Part shown: in pieces, positions 51,701 to 54,319 of the stretch | Numbering within the stretch: position 1 is the first letter of the stretch | How the letters are laid out: the number at the start of each line of letters is the position of its first letter | DNA from: Phoronis australis | Lineage: Eukaryota; Animalia; Phoronida | Direction: 5' to 3' | NCBI GenBank assembly: GCA_002633005.1 | Contig: NMRA01001104.1 | Location: 1-54,319, forward strand | DNA: 54,319 bases | Translations under genes and position numbers: made by a program | Notes under the pieces: generated by a model | Told to the model about the DNA's origin: nothing | Databases searched by the model: none | What the model saw: the letters and a program-made list of their open reading frames with translations, nothing else

Positions 51701-52720
51701 TGACACTGAAGACTGTATGAAAAACTTTTCAAACTTTGACCCATGCTCATATCAAAGCTTCATAATAAACCTGCATTTATACAAACTTTAGAAACGAGAA
51801 ACACATGTATCTGTCTCCTTCTCACTCATTGTGTCCACGTTGACCTTCGTGTCCATTTCACCTACTGAAACCAGTTTACCCCCATTTTCATTTCCACCTA
51901 TTATGTTCAATTTCAGCTGCCCATAGCGTGCTGCCTACTGCAGTTGGTATCCTGCCCTATCAAACATTGTGTTGGGGTAAGTATTTTTCCCTTCGGTACC
52001 ATTTAGGGGGCATCGTCTCGAGTTGTTATTTGCTCATTCACGTAGCCTCTCGGAGTGTGTTTGTCGTTGAGGTATCGGCTCGGGTATATATTTATTAAGA
52101 ATTTTGTGGCGTCATCTTGTTGTTGTTGTTATTGTTGTTGTTGTTGTTGTCATAACAAATCCTAGAAATACTAACAGAATGACAGCATTTAAAGCGACTG
52201 GTTGGGTTTAACAAATGAGGCAACGTGGACCACCACCTTTATTATAACCTTGTATCAGCAGTACTGCAGCGATGAATTTTGTGGGACTGAAAACCCGCGA
52301 AACTCTGAATCAACGTGAGCTTAGAATTTTGGACTGTAAGAAACGCAGAAAACGTGGAACTCACATCCTTTATTTCATCAACTATTGGATTTTAACTTGA
52401 CGTGTCCTTTGACTTAGATCCTTCCTGCGACACAACACCATCACTCGACTTTACTCAATGTCCCTAACCTCACTCTACCTGTTTTGCCACCCCCCTTCCT
52501 CCTTGCCTCCTTGCTCGTAACAATAAGTTCTCCGTGTTATGCCAGTTCCCGTTTTTCTAATTACCTGTCGTCGGTACTTCTTTTTTACTGTTTGTTCTTG
52601 ATTCTTGCCCGTTTTTTGCTTAAGGTTATTTCCCACCCTCGAAATATGGTCCAAATCTTGCTCACGTTGGAATACCATATCTAACATACGGTACAGTACA
52701 GTATGTGTCATTGGATTCAT
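24412..52720 (-). CDS. Multi-exon gene: ankyrin-repeat array fused to a FAM111-like trypsin-fold serine protease (span of the gene model; exons listed separately)
   Basis: Manually spliced GT-AG exons with compatible phases, except one unresolved junction (30079 to 29070). The 5' exons are less certain and an N gap lies at 40714-41638. Confidence 0.7.
25844..26060. repeat. Degenerate ~45-48-bp intronic tandem repeat
   Basis: Core ACTGTTCC..ATATGGTCA recurs about 5-6 times. Confidence 0.7.
26354..26676 (-). CDS. Protease exon (catalytic Asp)
   Basis: Acceptor TTCGTTTCAG, donor AAG|GTAGGC, 323 bp, phase 1 to 0. Encodes SNDDLDVAVLKL and HFAGHPDGDFKVADIRC. Confidence 0.88.
28734..29070 (-). CDS. 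Protease exon (catalytic His)
   Basis: Acceptor TTTGACAG, donor C|GTGAGT, 337 bp, phase 0 to 1. Encodes SSVALIVGQTGTGSGFRVGPDYVMTNWHVAEKL. The 5' boundary is less certain than the 3' one. Confidence 0.82.
29811..29887 (-). CDS. Possible 77-bp linker exon
   Basis: AG/GT bounded and phase 1 to 0, which would reconcile the neighbouring exons (CMEPIDPSCSTTDNWAQCSWSEHSS). Weak donor GTATAT and no recognisable homology. Confidence 0.25.
30079..30181 (-). CDS. Linker exon
   Basis: Acceptor TACTTGCAG, donor CAG|GTATAC, 103 bp, phase 0 to 1. SSGATVPEGWVDINIRAQRDESELGILGVDIRLS. Confidence 0.55.
30551..30643 (-). CDS. Ankyrin C-terminal capping exon
   Basis: Acceptor TTTTCAG, donor GAG|GTACAC, 93 bp, phase 0-0. 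RGETAYDVCGKEANVFFNNIETIKKIKEVLE. Confidence 0.78.
31666..31764 (-). CDS. Ankyrin repeat exon
   Basis: 99 bp, AG/GTAAG, phase 0-0. GGNTSLHSASSRGHLEVVELLLKTGVDATVVNT. Confidence 0.9.
32100..32198 (-). CDS. Ankyrin repeat exon
   Basis: 99 bp, AG/GTAAG, phase 0-0. GGNTSLHSACSRGHLEVVELLLKTGVDATVVNT. Confidence 0.9.
36176..36277 (-). CDS. Ankyrin repeat exon
   Basis: 102 bp, AG/GT, phase 0-0. NGDTALHLASHNGKAAVVELLVNEGSCEVNAVNK. Confidence 0.88.
36668..36691 (-). pseudogene. Remnant of a deleted ankyrin exon
   Basis: Acceptor CCATAG, then EGHTPLHL, fused to intron sequence with a stop two codons later. Counterpart of the intact exon 38548-38646. Confidence 0.75.
36837..36935 (-). CDS. Ankyrin repeat exon A
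   Basis: 99 bp, ATAG/GTAATT, phase 0-0. WGRTPLHYAALCGHTQTVKCLVEHSATVDVRDQ. Confidence 0.9.
37493..37591 (-). CDS. Ankyrin repeat exon B
   Basis: 99 bp, ATAG/GTAATT, phase 0-0. GGGTPLHYAAGCGRTQIVKCLVEHNATVDVRDE. Confidence 0.9.
37923..38024 (-). CDS. Ankyrin repeat exon
   Basis: 102 bp, AG/GT, phase 0-0. NGDTALHLASQSGKAAVVELLVNEGSCEVTAVNK. Confidence 0.88.
38548..38646 (-). CDS. Ankyrin repeat exon C
   Basis: 99 bp, ATAG/GTAATT, phase 0-0. WGRTPLHLAAREGHTAVVQCLIEHRANVNVCDE. Confidence 0.92.
38792..38890 (-). CDS. Ankyrin repeat exon D
   Basis: 99 bp, ATAG/GTAATT, phase 0-0. WGQTPLHCAAWNGHTQTVKCLVEHNATVDVRTQ. Confidence 0.92.
39448..39546 (-). CDS. Ankyrin repeat exon E
   Basis: 99 bp, ATAG/GTAATT, phase 0-0. 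DGLTPLHFAARHGHTQTVKCLVEHNATMDVRTQ. Confidence 0.92.
40114..40212 (-). CDS. Ankyrin repeat exon
   Basis: 99 bp, TTTCTGCAG/GTAATA, phase 0-0. GRDTALHCAAVEGHTEVARVLCEAGANINKQDW. Confidence 0.92.
47003..47229. mobile_element. MITE, 227 bp
   Basis: Perfect 16-bp terminal inverted repeats TTCATGCGCGCACCCA (47003-47018) and TGGGTGCGCGCATGAA (47214-47229); no coding capacity. Confidence 0.75.
47586..47742 (+). mobile_element. Decayed non-LTR (L1/Tx1-like) reverse transcriptase fragment
   Basis: FENTECKLLQYTDDVALFES*ESSLKSSLSLVDQSANFSDLNLNFDKTVYVR resembles the QYADD...F...SGLxxNxxKT region of L1-clade RT. Confidence 0.6.
51477..51566 (-). CDS. Probable N-terminal capping ankyrin exon
   Basis: Strong acceptor TTATTTTCAG and donor TGG|GTGAGT, 90 bp, phase 0-0. 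VEAAASNGNCSKLVKYIKRGWDVDQELNPW has the AAxxG...GxDVD pattern. Confidence 0.68.
52117..52150. repeat. (TTG)n microsatellite
   Basis: Direct reading of the sequence. Confidence 0.9.
52565..52720 (-). CDS. Candidate first coding exon (ATG at 52720 or 52678)
   Basis: Open frame MVFQREQDLDHISRVGNNLKQKTGKNQEQTVKKKYRRQ ends at a phase-0 donor CAG|GTAATT compatible with exon 51477-51566. Confidence 0.45.
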
Positions 52721-54163
52721 ATGAATCTCTCAGACATAGTAACTGATGCGCTGTTCTCCAAAATCTTGTTAGTAATTGTGATTCAGTTTTTGCAAAAATC
52801 GAAAGGGGCATAAATCTAAAAGGAAATTATAATTTACAAAACTGTAGTACATTTTTGAGACTTTATGGTGTACATTGATACCAAACAGAATTCAGTAATG
52901 TTATTGATACCGCACATGTAGTTTTGCTATGAATGTAGGTTTTATGCTAAAGTTTTCTAAAACGACATAGTCACAAGAACTCATTAATTCAAATTGGTAT
53001 CAAGTCAAGAATCAAATTCTACCTTCATATAGGGACGTTTATTAAGTTAAACATGCCATTTTGTAGATATTTGACTAAATTCACCTACAAGTCGATAGCG
53101 TCCTATGATAATCTTCAATTTGGAGGTTTTTCTACCACACCAGTCCATTTATTTATGTTCCCCTTCAGTTAAATGATCCAAACCTATTTTATGGACACAC
53201 GATAGTGCAGTGGCGAAAGCCTGTCAGTGACGTGAAAGTTTAGTAGTATTGTGATTGGCATCGGTTTTAGACCCAGACACAGCTGGTTTGACAATTCAGT
53301 CAGCATAAGCGCAAGATGATGAAACTTTCCAAGTATTACGTGAGTCGATGAAACATTTTTATCAGTGGAATCGTGGCTTCTTTTTGATTGGCTAATTGAC
53401 AATGACAATTTCATCTTTCAACGATCTCCATACTGACATGGTTTCACGGAGAACTCACTTGCTAAACCAACGAACGTCGAGCACAAAGAAACATTTGAAA
53501 TCATCANNNNNNNNNNNNNNNNNNNNNNNNNNNNNNNNNNNNNNNNNNNNNNNNNNNNNNNNNNNNNNNNNNNNNNNNNNNNNNNNNNNNNNNNNNNNNN
53601 NNNNNNNNNNNNNNNNNNNNNNNNNNNNNNNNNNNNNNNNNNNNNNNNNNNNNNNNNNNNNNNNNNNNNNNNNNNNNNNNNNNNNNNNNNNNNNNNNNNN
53701 NNNNNNNNNNNNNNNNNNNNNNNNNNNNNNNNNNNNNNNNNNNNNNNNNNNNNNNNNNNNNNNNNNNNNNNNNNNNNNNNNNNNNNNNNNNNNNNNNNNN
53801 NNNNNNNNNNNNNNNNNNNNNNNNNNNNNNNNNNNNNNNNNNNNNNNNNNNNNNNNNNNNNNNNNNNNNNNNNNNNNNNNNNNNNNNNNNNNNNNNNNNN
53901 NNNNNNNNNNNNNNNNNNNNNNNNNNNNNNNNNNNNNNNNNNNNNNNNNNNNNNNNNNNNNNNNNNNNNNNNNNNNNNNNNNNNNNNNNNNNNNNNNNNN
54001 NNNNNNNNNNNNNNNNNNNNNNNNNNNNNNNNNNNNNNNNNNNNNNNNNNNNNNNNNNNNNNNNNNNNNNNNNNNNNNNNNNNNNNNNNNNNNNNNNNNN
54101 NNNNNNNNNNNNNNNNNNNNNNNNNNNNNNNNNNNNNNNNNNNNNNNNNNNNNNNNNNNNNNN

Positions 54164-54319
54164 GCGTGACGCTTGCGCGTGACGCTTGCGCGTGACGCTT
54201 GCGCGTGACGCTTGCGCGTGACGCTTGCGCGTGACGCTTGCGCGTGACGCTTGCGCGTGACGCTTGCGCGTGACGCTTGCGCGTGACGCTTGCGCGTGAC
54301 GCTTGCGCGTGACACTTGC
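54164..54319. repeat. 13-bp GC-rich tandem repeat (GCGTGACGCTTGC), 12 copies
   Basis: Direct reading; bounded by an N gap and the window end. Confidence 0.97.

Overview
AT-rich eukaryotic DNA from a draft assembly with N gaps. It most likely comes from an invertebrate animal, inferred from the GT-AG introns and the repeat types. The main feature is a multi-exon minus-strand gene (about 24412-52720) that the ORF track almost entirely misses. Manual splicing gives an array of single-exon ankyrin repeats (99/102 bp, phase 0-0) followed by a C-terminal FAM111-like trypsin-fold serine protease with an intact His-Asp-Ser triad. Near-identical ankyrin exons differ almost only by non-synonymous changes, concentrated at ligand-facing positions, and they appear to be gained and lost as intron+exon cassettes. 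This makes the gene a candidate diversifying sensor-protease. Part of the array may be two uncollapsed haplotypes, and one splice junction in the linker is unresolved. The window also holds a decayed, 5'-truncated Ty3/Gypsy element between ~398-bp direct repeats, a tRNA-derived SINE, an L1/Tx1-like RT relic, MITE-like elements and simple repeats.
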